Assembly: GCA_030295235.1 (NCBI GenBank)
Contig: AP026133.1
Location: 372,001 to 436,000, forward strand
Direction of reading: 5' to 3'
DNA from: Fistulifera solaris
Lineage: Eukaryota
Length of the DNA stretch: 64,000 bases
The notes below the pieces were generated by a model. It ran no database searches and was not told the origin of the DNA. It saw nothing but the letters and a program-made list of their open reading frames with translations. Positions 37,026 through 47,956 of the stretch are shown here, piece after piece. Both the position numbers and the translations under genes were made by a program. Position 1 is the stretch's first letter. Every line of letters starts with the position of its first letter.

Positions 37026-40000
37026 TCAAGGCGTTACTACCTTGGAGGATGCATACGCAAAATGGCCCATGGCGGCATGAATTGCCGATCGAGACTCATC
37101 AGACAGGTTGTGTAGAGTTAAATTCGGAACCTGTTGTTGCAGCCGTGCAAGGATTTGGGTGAAACGAGCCACAGTCTCGTCCGTTGCCACTTCTTGGTCT
37201 TCAAAAACAAGGGCTAGCGTATTTCCAATGATTTCCACAATGCCGGCGGCACCTATCATGTTCAGAATGTGCTGTGCAGTTGACTCTTCCTCCAACAAGT
37301 CACAGAACCCTGCGTGACAAATCTTGGCTTCATCCCCATCTTCCGATAATGGAAGCGCGGCTACGAAAAGTTGTAAAGCAGTGTCCACTTTCATGACAGA
37401 TGAGCCGCGGAAGGGGGAGTTTGGAAAAGAACGAGTGAAGCAAGCGCAGAGGCGGCATTTTCATAGATTGGGGCGTGGCTTTCTTTGACATGCCCTGCTG
37501 CGAATGATGCGACGCGTGGAATAATTGCATTTATATGAGCCGATAACACAGAAGAAGGACAGTAACGGGCGATTTGTGTCACTCCATAGATGCTAGCCCG
37601 GACGAGGTCATCATTCGTTGAACAAAGACCCTTGATAACTGCCTCGGCGAGCACGGGGCCTACAGCAGCCGCAGCTTTTGGACCACAATGCTCGACGCAA
37701 TCATCAAACAAACAGACAGCCGAGAGTGTTGCTTGCGCGTCATCCCCGCCATTCAGGTATGGACCGAGAATAGGGGCAACTTCTTTTGAAAGGTAGGGTA
37801 GAAGCCGTGCTTGAAAATTTTCAAATTGTAGCCAATAGAATCAACTAGCGGTGTCAATAGATTATCTTCACTTGCCAGCTGTTTCTTAATGTCTTCCACC
37901 TCATCTTCGGATGAAGCAGTTGCCAGTTGTTTGGATATTTCGTCCCTTCGACGAAGACAAGCCACGAGTGATTGAATGCACGATCTGACAAGCTGGTTTG
38001 ACTGGTCTAGATCGAAATTTGCGAGCAAAGTATCGGAGTCGTCAAGACGAATGTACACAGCGTACAGAATGTCACTCAGCGAGTCAGCTAAAGCGAACAG
38101 GTTCTCCATTTCATCAGGCTCCTCGCTCGCGATCTGATTGCAGATCGCTCGCACTAATACCGGGAAAATCGATCGAGAGAATTCTAGTGAATTTGCATGC
38201 ACTCCGGCGGCACAAGATGCTTCGAATACAGCGGCGAGCGTTTGAGCCGAGACTGCTCTCAGCTCACTGGAGTAGCGAAACTGAAGTAGTGGCAAGAGTG
38301 TGTCGAAGGAGACTTTGACGTAAGGACCGAAATTCGCCCCTAAAGCGGCAGCGTGTTCATAAATGGCGCGAATGGCCAACGTTTTCTCCTGCATACTACT
38401 TGTATTCAATGTGACTTTCGTGTATCCTCGTCCAGGCAAGGCAACTGTCATGCTCTGTGTTCCGTCTTCTTCGTTGACCACGACACGGGTCTCCTTCGTG
38501 GCGGCCCAGTCTTGTTCAGTACCCTCCTGCGAATCAATTCAACGGGTGAGAAATATCCGACATTTTTGACGAAAAAGACAACAAAACAGGTTTCTCGTAC
38601 CGACAACGTCACATCTGTCGATTCCGAGGCGCGCTGCAGAAGGTGGGGCACCACGGCTGCACAGTATGGCGTGTAGCTGTCTTCTAGTACAGATGCAATT
38701 CGTGCACATGCAACTAAGTGTTCCAAAGGTGGTTGGTTTTGCGAAAGAATCGCTTGTAGTAACTGAATTGCATCGCATTGAAAGATATCTTTTCCAACGG
38801 CTTGCCCCACAATGGTTGCCGTTTCCAAAGCGGCACTACGCACATATTCTTCCGATTGAGGCTGAGAAAACAGCGAAAGAAGACCTGGCATGACACCTGC
38901 ATAGTTTGTAACGACATCTTCTTGACTGACTTGAGCCAATGCTGCTACAGCTCCGACGGCTCTCACCTGCGCCACGGGATGGACCGGAACGGACGACAGC
39001 GCATCCAATAAAGTCCCAACATAAGATTGCATTTCATTGTCACTGCGAGCCAGGGATACGACACAACACGCGGCGGTCGATGCTACTTTCACGACGGGAG
39101 ATCGCAAAAGATGAGAAATTGCATTCACCATGAACGGCAAGTTCTCTTGATCCACGTGATCCACCAAAAGACCCAGAAGAACCAGTGCATTGTATTGCAA
39201 CACACTATGTGACGACTGACACTGCTGCAAAGCCCATTGCAAAGCCACCAGTGCGTACCGCGCAAATCCCACCGGCAGCGCCATCGCCGCCGACTGCAAC
39301 GCCACGAGTGCTCCACGGTGGGCCTTCCAAGGCAAATGCGGGTCCATCAAACAGGGTTGTACGGCAGGTAAGATCGTTCGAACAAGTACCGGACTTCCCA
39401 TCAGTCGCAGCATGTCTTGCAACAGCTGTGCCGTATAGTCATCGTCGTCCTCGTGCACCGCCCCTTCGTCGTCGAGTTGCACTTCGGCCCACGTTTCGGC
39501 ATCAAACCCGGAAAACTCCAACAAACCTTGCAGCATGTGCGGTAGCAGTTCGTGTTCCATGGCCGCGGTCAAAGCCGGCAATTGGTGTCGTTGATGCATT
39601 CGCGCATACGTGTCGGCGTAGGTGACCAAGACTTGGACACTCGGGAGCAGAACGGTTCGTGCCGCTCGACAACAAAAAGCAGTCACTGGTTCCACCACCG
39701 GACTCAAGAATGCCGGGACATCCGTCGCCGCATCCAACAAGGACTCCAGCAATTCCTGCAATGTTGCTTCGTCATACGTGGTTGTTTGTAAGAGGGGCAC
39801 TACACACGTGATTGACATGTGTTCGAGCAATGAAGCGTCGTCCTTTGTCGCTTGGGCTGCTTGGACGGCCAATTTCATGAAAAGGCCGGGAGAAGCTCCA
39901 GCGCGGGCCGCCGCTGACAAATGATCACACACCACCGCCATGGGACCAAAGACCGAAGGAATGCGTTCCGCCAAGGAAATCCACAATTTCAAGGCCATCG

Positions 40001-40460
40001 GATGTCCTTGTGTCTAAATAGAAGAAAGTGAGAAAAAAAAAGGAAATACACGAAAGGATTTTATTCTTCTCAATAATGCGACACGTACCACGGCATCACT
40101 GGATGTCTGCAGAATCGTTTGCATCGTGTGTCGACTGGAAGATTCGTTGATTTCGTGTAACACAAAGACAATTTCCGTCACACAATCCCCAATGGCCGTA
40201 TGGGTCGCCGTCAGCGGCAGCAATTCTTGTAATAACGACTGCAACAGCGGCTCTTCAGTCACCAACAAAATGTCCCGACGCAACAGAACAGCCACCAATT
40301 GTTGTTGCCAAGGCCCGATTGGTTGAGAAAGCGCGTGCCGCAATTCGCTCACCCGTTGCTCGACCGGAAGACTCTTCCAATACGTTTCCGCGGGGATTCT
40401 CTGGGATCCATCGGGCGACAACAAAGCCTTTAAAAAATCTTCTGTGACAATGGAGCTCAT
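37026..40460 (-). CDS. IPO5: Importin-5/karyopherin beta-3-like HEAT-repeat protein
   Basis: LLSPD..RIPAE, VAVLLRR, WKAHRGALVAL, ALETATIVGQAVGKDIF, LNTSSMQEK, MFDDCVEH, ENAASAL, LPLSEDGDEA; several introns and frameshifts. Confidence 0.85.
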
Positions 40461-40907
40461 TTTTGGAACCTGTAGTAAAAGAAAAGACGGCAATGAATGT
40501 TACCAGGTATCTGTTGTCTTTTTCGTTGGAGCATTTGGCTCGTTTTCAAAATCAAAATCACCCCCACCCCCCAAGCGAGCCGGCCCGTTGCTCGCGCCTC
40601 CGCTGTACTATTTTGGCTACAGTCAGTATTTCAATGAGCGCGCGAGAAAGTGCAAGAATGCATTCTCGAGAAATACATTGTGTCACAGTAGTGTAGAATG
40701 ACGTCATCATTCTGTACTGTAGTGAAATGAGTAGGTTGGACGAGACTGAATGTATTTTCAGTCCCGTCACTGTCGATGGCATTCCTTTTTCCTTTTTTGT
40801 GTCATGGCCCATGGATGCAGCCACGGGCCAGGGATGATTATTTTTTTTATTTTTTTTTGACTTTTGCTGAATAGTTCACAAACAATATAGTCCTTGCGAA
40901 GAACTCC

Positions 40908-41699
40908 ATGTCACGAATCATCTTGAGACGATGGGTCATGAGCGTCGCCACATTGGCACCCGCACTCGTTGTCCGCGCCGAATCATCATCATCATCATCA
41001 TCATCGTTCCTTCCTCGATTCACGGTGGCGTTCTCGAGTAGCCTACGCGGAGGAGACAACAACGCTACAGCGTACGAAACATTGTCCACACCGGCACCCG
41101 GAAGTCCGTTTCATTTGGCATTTCCGGTCCACGATTTGCAATTAGCAAAAGAATTCTATGGCGGCATATTGGGTTGTCAAGAAGGACGGAGCAGTGAGAA
41201 ATGGCAAGACTATTCGTTGCATGGACACCAAATTGTGGCACATTGGGTCGGGAATGATTACCGTTGTCCCGATTTCTACAATCCGGTGGATGGAGACGAA
41301 GTGCCGGTGCCGCATTATGGTCTAGCCTTGACCGTTGAGCAATTTCATGCCTTGGCGGAACGCGTGCGGAAAGCGGGAATTCAATTTATCATTGAACCGC
41401 ATTTGCGATTCAAAGGTATGCCCGGTGAACAGGTAAGAGCAAGCTTGTGCAGTGCGTTGATGATGTGTTAGTGTGCTCATTTGTTCTGCATGCTTGCTTC
41501 GTGTCCACATAGTACACCATGTTTTTCAAGGTAAGTGATGAAAGCGAACAAATAGTAGTTTTCACTGGTTTATTCTAACCTCCGAGCAAACTTGCTTTTC
41601 AATAATTTGTCTTTTCAGGATCCATCGGGCAATAATCTCGAATTCAAAGCCATGACGCATCCAGACAATCTATTCGCTAAATACAATGTAGTGGATTGA
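40908..41699 (+). CDS. VOC/glyoxalase-family protein (extradiol dioxygenase-like) with N-terminal leader
   Basis: PFHLAFPVHDL..AKEFYG..LGCQEGRSS..HQIVAH, VDGDEVPVPHYG, PHLRFKGMPGEQ|YTMFFK|DPSGNNLEFKAM; introns 41433-41512 and 41531-41618. Confidence 0.92.
40983..41005. repeat. (TCA)n microsatellite encoding poly-Ser in the leader
   Basis: About seven to eight TCA units. Confidence 0.9.
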
Positions 41700-41842
41700 C
41701 AACAATTGTGAAGTGTGAAGCGATAGTGATTATCGTAGCTACTAAGTATGTAACAGTGATAGCTGCTTGAAAGTAGGAGCCACGTTGAACTATACAGACA
41801 TGCCATCAACATGGGGTTCGTTCGAAATACTGTTCTCATTGA

Positions 41843-42319
41843 TTATTTTTCACCAAATTCCGCCCAGCATTCTGTTTCTTTCGGACCACCACCATTCAAC
41901 ACATTTTCGAAACCGTTCTTTTCTAAAAATTCCTTGGCGAGCTGACCACGACCGCCGCCTCCACAATGCGTAATGATGGGGGTTTCCTTCGGAACCGATG
42001 GAAGCGGCATTTGATTGGTGGAGCGATCCCAAATCAAATTGACGGCTTGGGGTCGGTACGACTCGGAAGGTAGTGGAGCCACCGCAAAGCTTTTGAGGTC
42101 GCCCGGTTCGACGGCGGCATCCGGATTCCGAACATCCACTACCAACAATCGTTCGCCGGCTGCCGACACGAAAGCTTTCAATTCTTCGGGGGATGATACG
42201 CCGGCTTTGGCCATCATGCAACGAACCGCCGTCCAGCGAGAAGTTAAAGGAGACACAACTCGAAATGCTTGTGACAGTCGAAGCATACCAAGGAAGTAAG
42301 CGATGAAGGAAGTTTTCAT
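41843..42319 (-). CDS. Single-domain rhodanese-like protein, predicted plastid-targeted
   Basis: Leader ending SQA-F; VVDVR; active-site loop HCGGGGRG; GFENVLNGG. Confidence 0.88.
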   Translation of the reverse strand: MKTSFIAYFLGMLRLSQAFRVVSPLTSRWTAVRCMMAKAGVSSPEELKAFVSAAGERLLVVDVRNPDAAVEPGDLKSFAVAPLPSESYRPQAVNLIWDRSTNQMPLPSVPKETPIITHCGGGGRGQLAKEFLEKNGFENVLNGGGPKETECWAEFGEK

Positions 42320-43172
42320 TCGTTCTTTTGGTTTGTGGGTGTTATAATAGAAATGCTATTGGAGTGACTGCTTCGGCGAGATGAATGAGAATGAATGAGG
42401 CACGCAAGGACAAACGGACAAGAACACGTCACTTTGAATCTCTTTGAATCTTTGTCCTTTGTCGGCAACGGCAACGATCGTTCAACACTCTCATTCCGAT
42501 GTCGGCTGAAACGCTTACAAAGCCTGGCAATAATAAGCAATTGAATAACTCGTTTCAGGTTGATGAAAACTTTGGAAGTCAAGGGGAGCCAAGCTTGTTG
42601 CTTTCTAAAACTTACCCAACAAAATGCATATCTCTCAAAAAATTTACTGTAATCTCAAAATGTACTCCGTTTTCACCACGACTGGTTTTCAGTCATGAGT
42701 TGCGAATGATGTTTTGTGCGACAAATACAAGTAGTGCGCTACCTGGTATCGGCAATGGTCAATCTTTTCCATAAAAAAAAAATAATCTCAGGTCAAGTGA
42801 ATAGTCAAGTGAGTTTTAAAAAAACAAGATCGCCACGTTCAGAGTCTTTGAGAAACGGCATTCGTCGACCCATTGTGCACTATCGTCCAAACGTTGTCGA
42901 CGATGTCGCCACGACAGGATTGCAGTCACGAGGCAACTAGGAATAGCTCAGTCAAAGAGGTTCACCATTGATCGTCGACTGCTGTAGAAATATTGGAAGC
43001 CAGTATAAATAATGATCGCTTCATCTCATAATGACCTTATTGATTAGGTCAACTAACCAACATGACAATATGCGAGTCTGCGATCGGTAATTGTAAGCTT
43101 GCAATTGAACCGGCAATCAACCAAATGAGACTGCCTAGTCTAGGTGACTTTAGACTTCATAATAACGCGTTG

Positions 43173-44197
43173 TTACTCTTCCTTTAATTCTTTCTCGTCT
43201 CTGCTGTCATCAGCTATCAGTTCAGCATATTTGCTTGCGACAAATTCGTTCCACATTTTGGCTTGATTCTTTTCCGAGAAGACACTAATACCCAAATCTC
43301 GGAGAAGTTGGTCGACAATGGCAAGGAAAAGTCTCACCATGACGAAAAACATATTGCAGTAAAGGAACCAAAACACTCGATAGTTTGGACCTGTTAAATG
43401 AATTGCTTCCGCCATTTGTGTGTTGTGGAAAAGACGGTAAGGCCAAAGTTGGCACCCGACATGAGTGCAATAGGAGTGCAAATCGTTGCATAAAGTATCA
43501 AATAAACTGCAATGGATACCATGTGCCATTTGACAAAGTATTTGATTTCGGAATAGCGCTCGGTTTTTTTGTGGGAAGGAGGAGGCAAAACGCAAACGTT
43601 CCCCACCGCAAGATCGTGAACGGGCATGTAGAGCAAGAGTAGATGATGCCACAGCGACCACGTAAACTTCCCATTGAATGCCTCGTTGATTTCTCCATCC
43701 GGTTGAAAATGAATAGCGCCGCCAAGCTCGAAAAGCAGAGCATCGTGTGTCGCAAAGCATCGGCCATACTGTCGGTCATCGGAATGTAATGAATAATCAT
43801 TCGCAGCATCCAGCCCGTGTGGCACGGTGTCAATAGCCAACCACGTTCGGGCATCCCCCAGAACCAGCTATAGTACGACATGTGATATATTCCGGCGGCG
43901 ACAAAGGGTAACGCCAACGGATGGCGGCGGAATTCTTGGCTCTTGTTGTGGTTTCGGTACGTGACATAAAAAAGTCCCCAGTGCTATCAAAGTACCAACA
44001 ATCCATTCACACAAATGACGACTCGCACCCACCGGGTCCCATGTGGCAACCCCGTTGGGCTCGAGCCAACGGGGTATTTCCAAACAGGGCACTTCATCGC
44101 TATAATCGGTTTTCAAATAACATATTTCGGTAAAGTCGTCGATCGGATAATCGACCAGCCGCTGGAAACGCGAAATTATATAGAACAAGCCGAACAT
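43173..44197 (-). CDS. TMEM164-like multi-pass membrane protein, paralog 1
   Basis: GWLLTPCH, ALFIFQPD, WSLWHHLLLLYMPV, PIALMSGANF resemble the TMEM164 PCH / QH..L..P / P..L..VN motifs; collinear with 46280-47424; about three frameshifts. Confidence 0.7.
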
Positions 44198-44877
44198 ATC
44201 TTTTGGGGGGAAATACTAAAAGAAAGGACGAGACAAGGCAGGTCAATCACTGTACCTCGACTGCTGGTGTCGGCTGGTTCGTCGTCTCATCCTATACTCC
44301 TTTGTTTCATCCTTCAACGTGCCGACTGCATGTGCCGAGAGGCATTTTTATCGGAATCATGTCCGACGCGGACACGGGACACAAGTCATTCATGAGGGTT
44401 CTCGGACGTCACTCTAGGGTCTAGGAACCACTTCTCTTTCTAGGAAGTGCAACGATGGCAGTCCGCAATTTGAGTAGCGGTAGTTCGAAAAGCTACTTGA
44501 GGCAAAATTCGGATCTACTAGTTACACGAAGGACGATCAAGTCTCGACGCGGTTTGCGAACAGCAACGCGATATTATGTCCATTTGGTAGATGATCAAAA
44601 GTGCGTTGCACGACGCTGCTATCTTTATAAAAACTGAAGTTTGCCTTGCACGATACTAGTCCGAAGATGCATCATTGTATCGCCGTCGCTGTTGAATTTG
44701 TACATACACCACCTCAAAATACATAAATCATGCGTCGCTTCCGATGGCCAACTAATTGTGACCATAGTTTGATTCAATACAGTTAAACGCGAATTTGTAA
44801 CTTAAGATAATAGCAGTGAATGACTGAATTACTATCTAGTTTTTTTTCGACTGCGTCGTTGTTGCAAATCATTTCTA

Positions 44878-45600
44878 CTAAGCAGGGCAAGTCACACAGA
44901 ATTTGTTGTCTTCCGGCGTCTCTGGATGAAGACAACTAGTTCCAGTAAACATATTGGTTTTCGATGCACCAGCGGAAACAACTTTCCACGCACACAAGTC
45001 TTGATTGAATGCTCCAGCATTCTCAAACATGGAATCCATGTCGTTGACTTTTGCCGTGTCCCAGTCACTGATATCTTGATTGAACGCGTTAGAAAAAGAG
45101 AACATCATCTCCATGCTGGTGACGGCGGAGGTGTCCCAGCGACTAATGTCTTGGTTAAACATATCAAGGCTGTCAGTGACGGGCGCCGAGTCAAAATAAC
45201 CCAAAAACATTCCACGCATGTTGGTAACCTTAGCCGTGTCCCATCCACCAATGTCTTGATTGAAGGATTGCGCACCAGCAAACATGAAAGCCATGCTGGT
45301 GACGTTAGACGTATCCCAACTACCGATGCGTTGGTTAAAAGCAGTTGCAGCAACAAACATTTCAGACATGTCGGTGACACCCGAAGTATCCCAGGCACCA
45401 ATAGGTTCGTTGAAACCACTATATCGAAAGATCTGGCTAAAATCTGTTACTTGTGATACATCCCAACAATTCGGTTTCGGCTCGGAGGGCGAATTTTCGT
45501 AATCATTGATCGCATTCCCGAGATCGTTCTTGTTGGCGAAAGCTCTTCTTCCATTCGGACAAGGATTTCGATCATGGCAATTCAAGAAAAAGTTGTTCCG
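44878..45600 (-). CDS. DUF285/BspA-like bacterial-type surface repeat protein; 5' end unclear
   Basis: About six ~25-aa repeats FNQ.I..WDT..VT.M..MF; C-terminal LCAW..MF.GTSC..C..C cap. Confidence 0.88.
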   Translation of the reverse strand, partial: RNNFFLNCHDRNPCPNGRRAFANKNDLGNAINDYENSPSEPKPNCWDVSQVTDFSQIFRYSGFNEPIGAWDTSGVTDMSEMFVAATAFNQRIGSWDTSNVTSMAFMFAGAQSFNQDIGGWDTAKVTNMRGMFLGYFDSAPVTDSLDMFNQDISRWDTSAVTSMEMMFSFSNAFNQDISDWDTAKVNDMDSMFENAGAFNQDLCAWKVVSAGASKTNMFTGTSCLHPETPEDNKFCVTCPA

Positions 45601-45760
45601 ATCAAGAAAAAAGAAGAAAAGATTGATAACCGTCCATGACAAAGTGTTCCAGAAGAAGATACTGATTGCAAACGAAAAACGAAAGTGAGTTTGACTGCGC
45701 AAAAAAAAGATCTTTCTTTCAAAAAAAAATTACGGAGTGCGCAGGGCAGTAAAAACCTTA

Positions 45761-46130
45761 CCGAATGAATAAGGTTTACCGGTACCGAATAAGGTTACTG
45801 GGGAACACTCGCGACTCGCGACTTGTTTTCTGTTTGCCCTTATTGCCCGAGTAGAAATAACACGTAGTAATGGAAATTATTTACCATTTTCATTATTTAC
45901 TCATGCCTCATGCTTACTGTATTTGATAATTTGATACGAGATACTAGATACTAGATACTAGGTAATAACCTACGTAGGTACGTAGGGTCTAACGGTCCAA
46001 CCACTTCTCAGCTTCCCAGTTCTCAGAGCTCAGAGCGCAATTATTCCCATTCCCGATTCCCAATAGCTTGTTTCTAGTTGTCCAGGTAAGCCCGCCTTTT
46101 TCAACTTTTAACTGTGGTCAAGGCGGTCAG
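45761..46130. repeat. Patch of consecutive short tandem duplications
   Basis: ACTCGCG x2, CTCATGC x2, ATTTGATA x2, AGATACT x3, TACGTAGG x2, CTCAGAG x2, ATTCCC x3, GAATAAGGTT x2. Confidence 0.8.
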
Positions 46131-46279
46131 GAACAGCGTTCAACTGGTTGGGAATGTAGTCCCAAGGCTAGAGTGACCTTAAACTCGCAAACCCGACTGC
46201 TAAATGCAGCAGCATGGGATTAGTTTTTATTTTAAGCTACCTATTCCAGAAATGCTATTTCATCTCAATTGTTTATCAT

Positions 46280-47424
46280 TCACTGAGCCTTTAATTCGTT
46301 CTCTTTCTTGGTAGTAGTCGTTCCGTAAACCGCAGCTTTGGCATTCTTTTGCAATTGCAGCTGCAGGCGGAGCATATTCGATCGCGAAAATCGACTCAGG
46401 CCGCTTTCTCGCAAACAATAGTCCAAAATCAGCCACATGACTCGGAATACTACGAACAGAAAGTTGCAATAACCGAACCAAACGGGGCGATACATGGGTC
46501 CGGTCAGGCCTAGATTAATTGCCAATGGTGTGGCATGGAAGTGAAGCGTCCACCCCTGCATTGAAAGAATGAAGAAAGTGTTAGCAATGGAGAGGCGATA
46601 CTTGCTGTGAGTGGCAGTCCTAAAGCGACACGAATACTTCTTAAATACAGATGGAGACGTACCCAATTGACTCCCGACAGCAGCGAAATCGGAGTAAAGA
46701 GTGTTCCGGTGAGAAGCAAATACACCGATATGGATATGAGGTGCCACTTGAGGAAATATTTCAGTTTGGAAGGTTGCTTCTTGGTTCCGAACGCCGGAGG
46801 GGGCAAGACGGATACACGGCCCGTCATGACATCGTACACCGGGATAGTAATGAGCAGAGCGTGATGAATCAAAGACCACGAAAACATCCCATAACTGACC
46901 GCATCCGTGACTTCACCATCGGGTTGAAAAATGAACAAGGCCGCCAAACTCGAGAAACACAACAAACTGTGACGCAAAATGTCGGCAACCGGTTCACTCA
47001 TCGGTACAAAATGCATCGTCAATCGAATCAACCAACCCATATGACACGGAGTCGTAGACCAGCCTCGTTCCGGAAGCGGGATATAGAATTTGTAATGATA
47101 CAGATGATACAGACCGGCCACAAGGTACACGAGAGGCAAGGGGTGTCGACGGAGTCCTTTGTTGGAGGATTTGTGGCGACTCATAATGAGTGTCATGATG
47201 ATCAATGCGCCAACAGTACACACAATCCATTCTAGAATGTGACGCTCTTTTCCGGTAGGACTCCAAGTCGCCACCTGCAATGGATGTAACCAGGAAGGGA
47301 GTTCATCGCATTTGACACCTTCCCAATCATCGGTCGGCAAGAAACAATATTCCGTTTCCAAGTCGATGGGATTTTCTCGAAGTCGCTGAAAGCGATTTTT
47401 GAGCTGGTAGTGAATCCAAGACAT
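46280..47424 (-). CDS. TMEM164-like multi-pass membrane protein, paralog 2
   Basis: GWSTTPCH, ALFIFQPD, WSLIHHALLITIPVY, PISLLSGVNW; intron 46556-46662. Confidence 0.72.
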
Positions 47425-47956
47425 TGTGGGCTGTTGTTGTTGTTAACAATACAGCGGTCACTGCTAGAGAAAGAAACGATCTCTCTCACCAATGGTCGTA
47501 AATGCTATGGAATGCAAAAGGTTGATGATGATGTTGTGAGGATGTTGTTTCATCGAAATATCGTGCGCTCGCAAAATTCTCTCTGATCGATCTGTACCAA
47601 ATACAGTACAAGTAGATGTAGATGATTCAATCTGTGATCCGATAATAATTTTGTGAACGGAATCAAGAGTGGTACTCAACTATCGCCAAACAAATGTCGT
47701 CTGTCCTTCGACGACGTACCTCTGACGTCAAACGTCAAGCGAAACATTCCACCGGAACCAAAAAGTCGGCACGCCACACGCAACACAAAAATCAACCGTT
47801 CGCCGTTCGCCACTCGTTACAAGTACCTTGGTACGGGTGGCAAAGAAAAAGAGCAATACCTGGTACTGTGGGTCTGAAACAACAGAGTCTTCTTTGGCAC
47901 GTTTTCCCATCGTAACCATTCGTACGTTTACGCTTCTCATACTGCTGCAAATCACC

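Noticed and set aside
40908..42319. VOC enzyme plus rhodanese as a functional sulfur-detoxification cluster
   Set aside because: Convergent orientation, no shared promoter, and the VOC fold is not the ETHE1 persulfide dioxygenase fold; adjacency is likely incidental.
44980..45470. ~75-bp periodic DNA repeats as CRISPR or satellite
   Set aside because: Explained by the 25-aa DUF285 protein repeats.
45939..45961. (AGATACT)3 as an interstitial telomere repeat
   Set aside because: Does not resemble TTAGGG-type telomere units; treated as part of the duplication patch.
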